A stretch of DNA of 38,424 nt from Paramecium tetraurelia (taxonomy: Eukaryota), in assembly GCA_000165425.1 (NCBI GenBank), contig CT868541.1, forward strand, positions 62,001 through 100,424. Direction: 5' to 3'. How positions within the stretch are numbered: position 1 is the stretch's first letter; each line of letters begins with the position of its first letter. Positions 1-13,690 of the stretch are shown piece after piece. Position numbers and translations under genes: made by a program. A model generated the notes under the pieces. That model worked only from the letters and a program-made list of their open reading frames with translations, did not search any database and had not been told where the DNA came from.

Positions 1-3000
1 AATTAAGTTGCTTAAGAGGCAGCTGAAAGAGTCAGAGTGGCAAACGAAGAGTTAGCCCAAACATTATTGAAAGTGAAGGAATTATAGAAGGATCACTTGG
101 TTGAATTGAAATCATTATCATCTCCACCTGAGGCCGTCAAAGTAGTTTTAGCAGGTGTTGTCATACTTACAACTGACTACATTAAGAAGTCTGGAGGTGA
201 AATTATCACTTAGCCAGTACCTAATTAAATTGGTAAGAAGGAGGAGAATTACTTTGAAACAGCTAAGAAATATTTACTTAATGATGTAAACTCATTGTTA
301 TAAATGTTGTTGGAAAAGTTTGATAAAGAAAATATCAATCCATCTGCTATTATTAAGATGGAATAGAAAGTTACTTGTCATCCAAAATTCAATCAGAATG
401 ATGCATTCCAAGGATCCAAAGCTACAGGTTATCTGTTTGGATGGTGTAAATGTATGTATGACTTCTACAAGGTGTATACTGAAACTAAACCTTTAAGAGA
501 AAAGTTAGCACTTATGACCAAAATTGTGGAAGATAAGAATAAAGAATTAGCAATTAAGAAAAAGGAATTGGATGAGATTAATGCAAAGATAAGAGAATTG
601 TAAAGGGTATTCGATGATAAAAAGAAATAATAAGAAGATTTATAGAAGAAGATTAAAGAGTGCGAAGTTAAATTAGAGAGAGCTTAAAAGTTGACTGAAG
701 GTTTGAGTGATGAAAAGGAGAGATGGGCAAAAGATATTGAAAGTCTTACTAATAGCGGTGGCTTAATACCTGGTAATTCTATTATAGCTGCAGGAATGGT
801 TGCTTACTCTGGACCATTTATATCATAATATCGTATCAGAATGGAATAAGATTGGAGAGCTAAATTAAAGGAATATAACATTCCTTTCTCCGATTTAATT
901 ACAATGAGGAAATTCTTAGGTGATGAAGTTAAAATTCAATCATGGAATATTTGTGGATTACCAAAGGATGACACTTCAATTGAAAATGGTATCATAATAG
1001 ACAAGAGTAGAAGATGGACTTTGATGATTGATCCATAATCTTAAGCTAATAAATATATTAAAACTATGGGTAAAGACTTACCAGAAGGATTGGATGTCTT
1101 AAAATAATCAGATTAAAATTTGATGAGAACTTTGGAGTTGGCTATTCAATTTGGTAAATGGGTTTTGGTTGAAAATGTTGGATTATCGTTAGATCCATCT
1201 TTGGAACCTATTCTATTATAATAAATCAGTAAGACTGGAACATCTGCTACAATACAAATTGGAGATAAGAATCTACAATATAATTTTAGTTTCAGATTCT
1301 TCATGACAACCACTCTTCCAAATCCTCATTATTCTCCTGAAACTTCAGTTAAAGTAACCATTATTAACTTTGCAATTACTCCACTAGGATTAGAAGAACA
1401 GATGTTGGCATAGATTGTGGCATTAGTGAATCCTAATTTAGAAAATAAAAAGACTGAAATAGTTAGAAAGAATGCATAAGATAAGAAAGAATTAGTTAAC
1501 ATAGAAGATAGTATTTTAAGAAGTTTGTCTGAAACCAAGGGAGATATTTCAGAAATATTGATGGATGAGACTCTCATCAATAAATTATAAAATTCAAAGA
1601 AATTTGCTGCTGAAATTAATCAAAGAGTGAAGGATTCTAAAATAACTGAAGCTCAAATAGATGAAGCTAGAGAATCATATAGATCAGTTGCATTCAGAGC
1701 TTCATTACTTTTCTTCTGTATTATAGATTTATCTACAATTGATCCAATGTATTAATACTCTTTATAATGGTTCATCAATTTATTCACTTTAGGTGTTTAA
1801 AATGCACCTGCATCATAGGTGTTGGAAGAGAGATTGGTTCATCTCAATAACTTCTTCACTTACATGTTATATGAAAATGTTTGTAGATCATTATTTGAAA
1901 AGCACAAATTACTATTTTCATTTATGCTGACATATAAAATACTGAGTGCTGCTCATAAAATGAATGAAGGAGAATGGAGATATTTGTTATAAGGTGCTAC
2001 AGGAGATGTTCAATTACCACCAAATCCAACTGAATGGATTAGTGAGAATACTTGGCCAGAGACTTATAGAAACATCTATGGCATGTCGGAATTGATCAAT
2101 TTTGATGGCATTCTATCTGATTTCATGAGTAATTCTGATAAATTTAAAACTATTTTTGATGCTCCTAATCCTCAAGATATTGAATTCCCAGAACCTTGGA
2201 ATGAGAAATTAGATTCATTTTCAAGAATATTGTTATTAAAAGCAATAAGAAGTGATAAAGTGATTCCAGCAATTCAAAAATGGATTATTGAAAAAATGGA
2301 TGAAAAATTCATCATCCCACCTACATTTGATTTGAGTAAATGCTACAAAGATTCCACTCCTAATACACCACTCATATTTGTATTATCTCCTGGTTCTGAT
2401 CCTATTGCAGATCTAATGAAATTTGCAGAGGAAATGAGTATGACTAAAAGAATTGATTCTATTTCTTTGGGTTAAGGATAAGGTCCAAAGGCTGAGAAAT
2501 TAGTTAAAGATGCTCTAGGCAGAGGTGGATGGGCATTGTTAATGAATTGTCATTTAGCAACATCTTGGATGAATGATCTTGAAAAACTTAATGAAGAAAT
2601 GTAAGATTAAGGAACAAAAGATTTTAGATTATGGTTAACATCCATGCCTTCAAAATCATTCCCAACAATTGTATTATAGAATGGTGTTAAAATGACACTT
2701 GAACCACCAAAAGGTCTTAGAAATAATATGCTCAGAACTTACACCTAATTAGATGATAAAACACTAAGTGATTGTAAGAAACCTGAGGAATTCAAGAAAT
2801 TATTATTCGGATTCTCTTTATTCCATGCAATCATTTAAGAAAGAAGAAAATTCGGAGCCATTGGATGGAACATTCCTTATGAATTCACTAATGAAGATCT
2901 CACTGTATGTAGAAGACAACTAAAAAGTTTATTAGATGATTATGTACTCATACCATTCAAAGTTATCAATTATCTTGGAGCAGAAATTAATTATGGTGGT

Positions 3001-4222
3001 AGAGTTACTGATGATAAGGATGTTAGATTAATTAAAACCATTCTGAAATTATATATTTCCTAAGAAGCATTAAAAGAAGGCTATCAATTTTTAGTCCCTA
3101 CGTATTACCAACCCAATGTAGGTGAAAGATTGAATTATATAGAGTACATTGAAAAATTACCATTGAATCCTGAACCAGAAGCATTTGGATTGCACAGCAA
3201 TGCTGAAATAACTAATGCTTAGAATGAAACTAGAATTCTTTTAGAAACTCTATAATCTATTCAACCAAGGACACAATAAGGAGCTGGAAAATGCAGAGAA
3301 GATGTTATTGAAGAATTAGCCAATTTCGTTGAATCTAAGACTCCTGATTTATTTGATATTGATGAAATTTCAATCAGGTATCCTACTGATTACCAAGAAT
3401 CCATGAATACTGTTCTAGTTCAAGAACTTATTCGTTACAATAGATTACTAGCCATTATGAAAACTACACTCTCCAATGTTAAAAAAGCACTTAAAGGACT
3501 AATTGTGATGTCTGAAGAAATGGAAAAATTATCAAACAGTCTTTACGATAACTAAGTGCCTCAGTTATGGGCAGAAAAAGGATTTCTAAGTTTGAAACCT
3601 TTGGCCTCTTGGACTTAGGATTTACTAGATAGAATTGCCTTTCTTAAACATTGGGTAGAAAAGGGAACACCTAAAGTATTCTGGATTTCTGGTTTCTTCT
3701 TCCCTTAGGCTTTCATTACTGGTATGGTACAAAACTACGCCAGAAAACATGTCATTGCTATTGATAAATTACAGTATGAGTACATAGTGTTGGACACTCT
3801 AACTCACACAGGTGTAACTGAGAAACCAGAAGACGGAGTCTATATTTATGGAATTTTTCTTGAAGGAACTAAGTATATAATTAATTTAATTTAATTAGAT
3901 GGGATTATAAGAGACATTTGATATCGTAACCAAAAGTTAAAGAATTATATTCTGATTTACCTTTAATGCATTTGCTACCATATGATCCATCATAAATTGA
4001 AGTACAACCAAAAGATCCAAAAGAAAAAAAGATATACAAATACCAATGTCCATTGTATAAAGTAGTTTCAAGGGTAAACATTCACAATAACTCTAGGCTG
4101 GTACACTCTCAACAACAGGACATTCCACCAATTTTGTCATGCCACTTGAATTGCCATCAAGAGATGATGAAGATGTTTGGATTAGAGCAGGTGCTGCAGC
4201 TTTCTTATCGCTAAGATATTGA
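1..4222 (+). CDS. Axonemal dynein heavy chain, C-terminal part (stalk, AAA5, AAA6, C-terminal domain); 5' end outside the window; probably single-headed inner-arm type
   Basis: Open frame from nt 1 in code 6. Motifs: [142 protein letters not shown]. Introns 3873-3898 and 4074-4096; TGA 4220-4222. Confidence 0.97.
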
Positions 4223-4729
4223 AAATAATATATATTTTAATTTAATGCAAATATTCAAAAAATTTTAAGTTTATTTTTTATGGCATAACCTAGAAATGAA
4301 AAATTTACACTAAGAATATAGAATTCTGAAATTAATTAAGTAGCAATATAAATTTTCAATTAAAGTTATAAGGTAGTAATTCTTCTTATTTATGGAAATG
4401 TAGAAATGTTAAGGGATTTTTGACAATAGAAAATCTAGGAAATGAAGAAGAAAATATCATTTTTTAGGATTATAGAAGGTAATTTTTAAATAAATAAATA
4501 AATATAATTAAATTAATCAACTTTGTAATTAAGCATAGCAATTTAATTGTAATGGAAAGTTGGGAAAATCATTAATATAATTAATTATTATTATTATTAA
4601 TATTAATTTATGTAAATAAGTTGGCTAACTTGATTAATTATCGGAATGAAGTTGTGCCTAAAAACCTCTACATTTTTTATTGAATTTATAATGATGACAA
4701 ATACATGATTACAATATATATACACTAGA

Positions 4730-5797
4730 TCAAACCATAGAATTCAGCTTGGTTTTCTTAATTCCACACCTCATATATTGATGATCCATGAGTTCGTAAT
4801 ATTGTGAAATACAATTTTAGGACTTTAATTTCTTTTAAGGCTAAAGTGCTTAATTATTACACAATGAAGGGTTGTAATTTAAATAATAATTAAAATTAAT
4901 GAGTGCGTCACTCTCCTCTTCCAATTGATCTTTTGTCACTTAAAATGTAACATCACATTTTACGCCCTAAAATAATGAACAAAAATTCTTTACTTATTGA
5001 TGGAGAGGAGAGTATAAATAGAAATCCTACTTTTCTGTTGGTTTCGTTAAAGGCTTTGCAAACTCCATAATGTTTTTGTAGTAATCAACATTTGTGCTCC
5101 CTGGTTTTAAAGATATTCTTGAGATTTATTAATAAAATTTTCTTACTCTGGAATTCCAATCTTCATGCAGGAATCAACAAAATATTGTATTGAATAACCT
5201 AAATCTTGAATTAATTTGAAGTCATAGGTCTAAGCTGAGATATAAAATTGGTTTAAGCCCTTCAAATACTTATATTGAATCGATCCAAATGATCTGTAAT
5301 TCTCTTTGGGAATCTAAAATAATGTTGATAGTTTTAGATTAATTACAAAGTCTTTATTTTCCTACAGTAAACCAGAGTTGAGTTGTTCATAGTACTACCT
5401 AACATATTCGCTCAGTTAGTTCATTTAAAGATCACCCATGCTTTATAATCTTTTAGTTACATATTCCCAAGGGGTTTCTGAAAAATCAAGTTAAGTATAA
5501 CATAATTTGATCATCCCAGCAGATTAATCCACAATTATTTTCGAAATTTTTTTATAAGGGTTTTGGCAACTGATGCCAATTTTCAGCATATCATGCTATT
5601 GAATGTATCGAGCATCAGCAAATAGATGGAAATCCTTAAAAAATATTATAAACTTAAGATACTCCTTTCATTCTGAAAGTACTCATGGGATTTAAAAACC
5701 TTTTCGGAAATACTATTAAAGATACTTCCTTTCCTTTCAAAGAGTCAGTCTCTTCACCATTAATTTGAGTAGAAGCTTGTAATTGATCGAATTACAT
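4730..5797 (-). CDS. Hypothetical protein (ciliate-type, MQFDQLQASTQ...KKTKLNSMV)
   Basis: ATG at 5797, TGA at 4732-4730. Frame-restoring GT-AG introns at 5635-5662 and 5118-5146; optional 3n candidates at 5314-5346 and 4967-4993. No recognisable domain. Confidence 0.75.
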
Positions 5798-7051
5798 GTT
5801 AATTTATTTTATTTAAATTAATTGATCTCGAAAATATTTATAAATAGAGTTTCTTCAGTTAATTATACATTTCATGCAATTTATTTATAATCTTATTTTT
5901 AATATTTCTGAATGAATTTATTAAATTAATTAAGTTGAAAAAAGTAGTTAAATATAAAACTTAACTAAATTATATTAAACAGAATTCTTGCCATTTCATT
6001 TTCTTCTAAAATGTTGCTAAAGAAGGAATATGGATAAAAATTTGGAGTTCAATTTCATAACTTTTATTTTCTTTTACTATATTACAATTTTTTGATGGAT
6101 GTGTAAAATGATGTCAATAATAATCACCTTAGTAAGATAGAAACAAAGTTTGAAAATAAAAAATTTCGATTTAATATTTATGATATAACCCACCAATTTT
6201 CAAAAATTCTCTTTGGACATCATTATTTTAATATTTTTTTGAATTATATTAAAATTTTTATAGCCAATTCCAATGTCAAATATCTATTAACAATTATTTA
6301 AGAACTATTTTACATAAAATGTTATCTTGCTTATTATTGAAATAATCATCCAATTATATTTGTGTATATGATCTATAAAAATGAGATACTAAAATTTCCC
6401 GTTTTAATGAATAGCTTTAAATATAATAAATCATAATGAGTTTTTATTAAGCAAGAAATGAAATTTCGTTTTTTATTGAAATTATTGTCTAAATGTACCT
6501 TAATTTAATATAAAAAAAATTTTAATTTCATTTCCTCCGATTGAGAAAATGTCCTATTCTAAGGGTAAAATCCAAGTTAATATGTGCATAAAGGATTTAC
6601 CATTATGGATACAATTATAAAATAGATAATATCTCTAAATTAAAAAATGATAATTTAGATTTTTAATAAATTATTTATCATTGACTGTTCTTTTTGTCGA
6701 TTTAGTAGAAGTCTGATATGAATGAATTTTGATTAATTTATTAATAATAACACAGAAGAAAATATATTTTTATTCATTTATCTATGTCATTTAAGGGTCA
6801 TAGAAGATTATTCAACATATAAGATAATAAAAATTAGATTAGATTTCAAGGTTAATTAATTTTTAATAGATTGATTCTAAATAAATTAATGCTGAACTAT
6901 AATGTATTTGAAGGGTAGAACTATGTTAAAAAGTAAAGTCAAATGATTAAAAAGCTATTCAATTAATGAGTAAAAATAGAAATAAGGTAAGCAATAAATG
7001 TATTCATATTTCTAAATTTTTGGTGAATTTATTTCATTATTATATTTTTAT

Positions 7052-7618
7052 ATGATTCTAAATCACAAAGAAGATAAATAAATAATTATTGCAATAGCAG
7101 GTGTTCCAGGATCTGGAAAAACATATTTCTGCAAAAATGTTATATGTTTACAATACCCAGATGCAAAAGTAATCCCTATGGATGGCTACCATATATATCG
7201 TAAAGATTTAAATGAAGAGGGTATAAAAAGGAGAGGAGCAGCTTTTACATTCGACTATTAAAGATTCAAAGCAGATTTAACAAATTTAAGAGAAACTGGC
7301 ACAGGGTCATTTCCGGATTTCTAACATTCTATAAAAGACCCTGTTGAAAATGCAATCCATATTACTAAGGAAGACAAAATAATTGTAGTGGAAGGATTGT
7401 ATTTATTTTTAAAGGAATGGGATTTAAAACATCTTTTCGATCAGAAATTCTTTATTAATAAGGAATTTAATGCATAATTGATTGGACAACGCCATTATGT
7501 TTGTGGTATTGAGGATACTTTAGAAAAAGGCATACAGAGAGCAATAGAAAATGACAAAGTCAATGCTGAGTATATATTATAGAATAGTGATTTTTCTGAT
7601 GTGACATATATAAAATGA
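7052..7618 (+). CDS. P-loop kinase, Yfh7/phosphoribulokinase-uridine kinase family (188 aa, intronless)
   Basis: IIIAIAGVPGSGKT (Walker A), VIPMDGYH, RRGAAFTFD, PDFQHSIKDP, IIVVEGLYL and RAIENDKVNA are the typical Yfh7/FrcK-like signatures. Confidence 0.9.
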
Positions 7619-8250
7619 TCAAAGAATATCAGGTGAAACTGAATTATATTTACTCTTATATAAACAAAATGTTCCTTTCTTACTTTATTTAAGCCTTCTA
7701 TCTATGATCGAATTAAACTTAACCACGTTCTCAAATTTACAATTATCTACTTTTGAGATTGCTAATCTATTTGAAGGTAAATCATTGGTTTTAACAAAAA
7801 TTGTATTATAAAATATGGTTGTAGAATTCATCGAAGTAGAATCTTTTAATAAAATGGTGCTTAGTCTTTATAAAACTAAATTAATCATACTATAACTTTG
7901 GGCATTAATTAAGAATAGGCTCTTGTAAAGATTGAAATTTTTATCCAAGTTAATATGCAGATACTAAATAACTGCAGAAAAGAGCTAGCATTTATTCATT
8001 TTATCATCTTTAGAAATTCTTCCTTATATTCTCCATAAACACAATTTATACAATTTAATTAATCTATAATTGATAAATATCATACAAAGAGAATTCAATT
8101 TAATTGTTGAAAATTAATTTTACACGATTTATTATACATCATTCAAACTTTAATTATTTATTTGCTTAGCTGAAGAACACCATAAAACTAGGAACAGAAT
8201 GTTTCAACATATAAAATAGATTTTAAATTTATTGATATAATGTATTTTAA

Positions 8251-11200
8251 TCATGAAGGCTTTTTAGTTCTGTAATAATCCATTAGACATGAAACTTTGC
8301 TTTTGTCATCAGACAATGTTTACCTATTGCTATCTTACATTCTTAGAGCCTCGATTTCAGCAAATAATAATACCATTAGTCCATATTATTATTCATCAAC
8401 TTTTGGATTGCTAAATGGTTGAATGAATATTTGACTAGTGTTTGATTACTCAGTTTTCAATTCTTCAGGGTAAGGACTTTATAACTCGCCAAGGTTAAAT
8501 TTGCTAGTTTTAGCACTAGATGAGCTTTCTCTATTAATCTATGGTGTGCTTTTCTTTGAAGAGTTTCTATATCTTGAAATCTCTAGAGAAAGCAATGCTA
8601 TTTTGTTTTCATATTCTTCAAGTTTGCTAGAATTAGTTAATAATATTTAGTAATCTCTTTATAATTAAATATATTTCTATTGAAGTTATTGGAACTTTGA
8701 TTAGAATTCATCAGTAATATCTTCTGAAGTTGAAATTATACTTGATTTCTAATAAGTTATTTGCACTTATGATTCATATTTTAATCTCAATTCATTTAAC
8801 TAAAATTCTATACCTCTTATATAGTTTTCAGTTTCTCTTAATTTTTCATTTAGTATCAAAATTTCTTATTCTTGCTAATATAATTTTTATGTCTTTTCAT
8901 CTATAACTTTGCTTAAATTCATATTTAATTATTGCAATTCCATAACTCTTGAATTATCTGTATTATCCTTTACCTAAGATTATTAGGATTTTTTCTCGCT
9001 TTCTAAAGATCTCAACAGATCTTAAATATGCTGTTCTTATTTAGCAATTCTCTATTATTAATTTTCTATAACAATCTGATTATTTTCAATTTCTTATTTT
9101 AATGAACGTAATTCACTTGTTTAGTTCATTACTTTCACATTGAATTTGTCAACGAGCATAGCTTTTTAATTAAGTTAAGAGTCTTTATCTATTAATTACT
9201 TCTTTAAAGCTTCTAAATCTTTTAATACTAAATCATATTCCGATTTTAAATTAGCCACTAATTATTATAATTCTTCACTTCTAGCATTCGAATCTAAATT
9301 GGATTAATTATTCTTAACTGCATTTAATTCATTCCAAATCTTATTGTAATCATCATCTAATTCATTAAATTCTTCTTCTTTAAGCAATAATTCGTTTTCT
9401 AATTTTTTAATATCATTACTTGATTCACTTAATTCTGCCTATAATTATTTAATAAAGATCTCCTATTCTTCAAATTTTTTATAATACTCTTTATTTTTTG
9501 CATTTAGCTTTTGTAATTCATCCAACAGTTGTTAAATTCTAAATTCGTCTTCATTAATCTATTTTTCATTTTAGTTAATTATTGTTTCTTATTACTCAAT
9601 TTTTGTAAATAGTTCTTTAAGCTAATTCTCAGACGAATTATTTTCTTGATATGAGCTTCTTAATTCAATTTCAGTATTGTCAATCTATAGGTTTAAATTG
9701 GTTATTTAAATTTGGTAGTTATTTATTTCAATTTTCATATTTGTAATTTATTGCAGTAAATCTGCATTCGTTTAATTTAACTTGCTTATCTCATATTCTA
9801 ATGATAACCTCTATTATTTTAATTAATCTTTCTCATTTACTTCAAGCTTAAGAGCATCTAATTAAGTGTATAAATCCTTTATAGTCTTTTAAAAAGAGTT
9901 CTACTTAAATAATAATTCTCGGTTAGATTCTTCTAAGGCTTCATTCTTTTTGGTATTACTTTCATAAATTTCTTGTTGTTTCCTCACATAAAGATTCAAT
10001 TTATCTAATTCTTGGTCCTTTTCATCAATTATCTGCTAAAGTTCTTAATTTTCAGAGGAAAGTTGTAGAATTTGATTACCTTGTTCTTCCAAACTTTGAA
10101 TTTATTAATCATTTTAATCCTATAATGATTTGTTTTCCTCTTAAAGCTTTTCAATTATCTATTAGTAATGTTGTTAAAGCTCTAATTTTTAATTTATAAA
10201 TTATTGTTTTTAATTCAAAATTGAAGATTCCAGTTCTGAAATTTAAAGAAGGTGATTCTAAATTTCTAATTTAAATTGTTAAATTTGATTCTAGAAATTA
10301 ATAATGATAGTATTTGAAGAATCGTTCTTTCCTTAAAATTATTAATGTTAAAGTTTTAGTTAATTAATTTCATCAGCATCAATTTATGCTTAATGTCTGA
10401 GATTAGCTATTTGATTTTATAACTCAGATATTTGATCTTGAAGATCTATTTAAGTCTATTAGAGTTCTTAAATTTTGTGATCCTTTTAAATCAAGATATC
10501 CTAATATTTATTTAAAGATTGCTAATAATTTAATTTTTATTCTGCATTATTAAGATTTAAATCTTATATTTCATTATCTTACATTTACAGTCTTTCATTA
10601 TAAGATTATAATTAAGCATCCTATCGTATAATTTGAATTTCTAGATCATTATCTTCTGACAATTAATTCTTTAGCAATCTTACTTGATCTTCCAATTCAA
10701 GAATTTTCTTATTCAGATCCTGATTCTAACTTGTCTATAGATTCAATTAATCACTCAGATCATCATTGTGAGTATTAAGACTTAAATTGTCAGATGCTAA
10801 TTTATCTTTATCAACCATAATTTTATTGTTTTCTTTTAGAATTTCCTAAAGTTGAGATTCCATTTAAACTTTAAAAAAATTGATTTATTCTACTTCATCT
10901 TCCAATTCCTCATTCTTTTATTCAGTTTAGGATAATTTGAGTCTGAGTTCATTTAATTAGGTTTCTAATTATAATTATATTTGGGATTGATTTAAAGAAT
11001 TCTTATTCTACTCTTATTCTAATAATTATTTAAGTATATGTATTTCTTGATTGAGATCTGCAATAGTTTATTCCAAATTGGCAATGCTAGACTTATTATT
11101 GATTATATCCTATTTGTATTTATCCAAATCTTAATTGAGTTTAATCACAATCTCTGGATACTATTCTAATTAATCTCTCAACTCTTGATTTATGTTGCAT

Positions 11201-11610
11201 TACAATGTAAACTATTCAGCCTTAGAGATAACATCGTGGAGAGCCTAGCCTTGCAGTAATTCTTAAATTTCATCATATTAAATGGACCTGTTTTTGAGCT
11301 CATCCACCAAATCCTTCAACTGTTCCAAGGTTATTTGGCCAGCTGTAATTTGGTTAACTAGGTCAGTTACATGAAGATGCTATTATTCTAGAGATTGGTA
11401 TTTATTTTGAAGTTCAAGTTAATCTCTATTGATGCAATCTAATTTGGTTTGGAGTAATTTGATTTCTGTAGATTATTGATCAATGACAGCTTATGAATTC
11501 TTGTTTTGAAGATTTGCTTGATCGATGTCTTAATTAAGTTGTTTAGTGAGAGACTATAATCGTTCTACTTCAACAGCCAATCCAAAGCAAATAACTTCGA
11601 TTTATAACAT
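8251..11610 (-). CDS. Long Q/E/K/L-rich coiled-coil protein (about 1119 aa), probably cortical or cytoskeletal
   Basis: 3360-nt frame from ATG 11610 to TGA 8253-8251; spot checks found no internal TGA. Heptad-rich, with motifs LAVEVERL, EYENKIALLSLEISR and LMVLLFAEIEALR. Confidence 0.85.
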
Positions 11611-11619
11611 TAAAAATAA

Positions 11620-12083
11620 ATGGGATGCGTAACATCAAATGGAAATAAAAAAGTACATAATTCTATTATAAACAGTTAGAAGACATGAAATAAGGGTTTG
11701 TGATTAGAATTCAGCAGCCTGACAATAAAACTGAAAAACAATTTAAATATTTTGATGAAAAATAGAAGAGCGATTTGATAATGAATGTCATGAATGGAAT
11801 TTGTTTCAGTGAAAAGGTCTCAGATAAATGCGATGGGAATTTCATTTCCCTTTATGATCAGGCTGATGATAGATTTCATTACTATGTCCAAAAACTTGAT
11901 GGTATTTGTGAGCATTCCATCTTAGGGATTGAAATAGAGAATCCAAATGAACCTACCAAAGGCAAAATATGGGTTCCTTATATCAATGAGAAACGACAAG
12001 ATTGGGACACTCTAGTGGAGAATAATAGTAGAATTTCAATAACTGACCACTTATTATGGAAGTTAGAATAAATTAAAAAGTGA
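11620..12083 (+). CDS. Small protein with N-terminal MGC (predicted myristoylation/palmitoylation) and a DUF4430/transcobalamin-C-terminal-like motif
   Basis: ATG GGA TGC at 11620; intron 11653-11675 joins to the ORF-track frame 11775-12071; TGA 12081-12083; probable second intron 11902-11925. The domain call is by eye. Confidence 0.8.
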
Positions 12084-12115
12084 ATAATTTTATTTTATTA
12101 TTTAAATTCTTCATA

Positions 12116-13690
12116 TCAATGATGATTTATCTTTGATGGAGCTTTCAGAAAACTCTCTTAATTTATATAGTTCATTTTCCCCTCCAAAGTGTCATAAATG
12201 AATTCCTTATCTATTTTTTCAATTGTGTCTTGTTTCTATTAGTTTTTTCGAACACCTTGAGTAGGGAGATTCTTTTTCGATTGCATATATTAACTTGATT
12301 CTTTGAAAGGACGAATGAAACTAAAATAAATGGATAGATGTAATACCTTTGGGTTAATTCCATCTCAGAATTTTCAATGATTGTCGAGAGACTTCGTTAT
12401 TACTGAAATTGATTTCTGGGCTTGGTTTCATCTTTGCATTTCATCTTGATAAACCAATGATGATTCAAACATTAAGCAGATGTGAATCTTTGAGTTGGTT
12501 CTCTGTTTAACATTTTTTTCATCATATCCATCCCAGATTAAGATAGATTCTTGCATAATCTCTTTTCAGCTTTAAAGTCTATTTCACATCTTTCGTTTGC
12601 CCTTAAAATTTCATCCTAATCCAATCCTTCAAAGGGCATTTTTCCGAAAACTAAAATGTAAAATACAATTCCAAGACTGAACACATCAATTTTCTAATCA
12701 TAATTCCTAGATCTAAATATTTCAGGAGCCACATAGCCTGGAGTTCCGCATTTCTTATAACTGCCTTAATTTTGACCATTTAATTTAAATGATTCCGAAT
12801 AACAAAAATTCGACAGTAAAACAAATGGCAACCTTTTGTTTTCTGGCACGAATAAATTCTCCAATTTGATATCCCTATGAAACACCCCTCTCTGATGCAT
12901 ATGTGTTATGGCTCCTATCAATCCATACATCATGTCAGCCAATACTTTTTCCTCCACCTAACCGCCCACTTCCTAAGCTAATTGAGTTTCTCTTAAATGC
13001 TACCTTAGATCTCCACCCATATATGGATCGAAAACTTAATAGATATTCATCTCATCTTCATATATTTCAATCAGCCTCATCAATTAAGGATGGCTATAGC
13101 TTTACACATTATTGTTACTTTAATCTTCTTAAATGCATTAACTCTTTGAACATCATACTCTTCTGTTGCGGTTACATTTCTTTGTTTATAATTTTAACTA
13201 AATAGTATTATGCATCTGACAATCTAACACAATTAAAGCACACTTGTTAAAATATTGGATCATTATATCTTAACTATGCTATCACCCTGTATTTTCTAGT
13301 AAATTTTTCCAGTATGCAAAATCTTTTCAACATCATAAACCACTTCTTAAACTAATCTAACACATCCGTCACAAAAAAAGCCAAGTATTATCCCATTTGT
13401 AATCTGAACCCATATTTATAAGAAGGATATTAAGCATCATAATGGTTAAACTTTTTCAAAAAACAGCCCCTTAAATAACAGCAATCAGTCTGATCTCCAA
13501 TAAAACGAAACATTCGATCAGGTTAGAGTTCGAATAAATAACTTTCCCAAGAGTCATTTTCATTTTTAAATAAAAGTTAACCTTATAATATAGTTAATTG
13601 AGATTCTCTAGGACTATTATCTGGTTGCCAGAACACTGATATGCTCGGAAGGGTTTCTGCGAACACGCTCTAAAATGAGACTACTCTCAT
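12116..13690 (-). CDS. PH-like domain + CAMK-group kinase domain, probable pseudokinase
   Basis: FHRDIKLEN, KCGTPGYVAPE, DQKIDVFSLGIVFY and LNHHWF are present. The N-terminal part ends in the PH-like FKKWFMMLKR. Introns 13094-13118 and 12321-12346; TGA 12118-12116. Confidence 0.9.

Noticed and set aside
5699..5725. Intron-like GTATCTTT...AAAAG segment in the hypothetical gene
   Set aside because: Removing it breaks the frame, whereas reading through keeps it open.
5798..7051. Long AT-rich spacer as a hidden gene, IES or mobile element (also 4223-4729, 7619-8250, 16938-17563)
   Set aside because: Only short motif-less ORFs; no terminal inverted repeats or transposase traces seen. Degenerate gene relics cannot be excluded.
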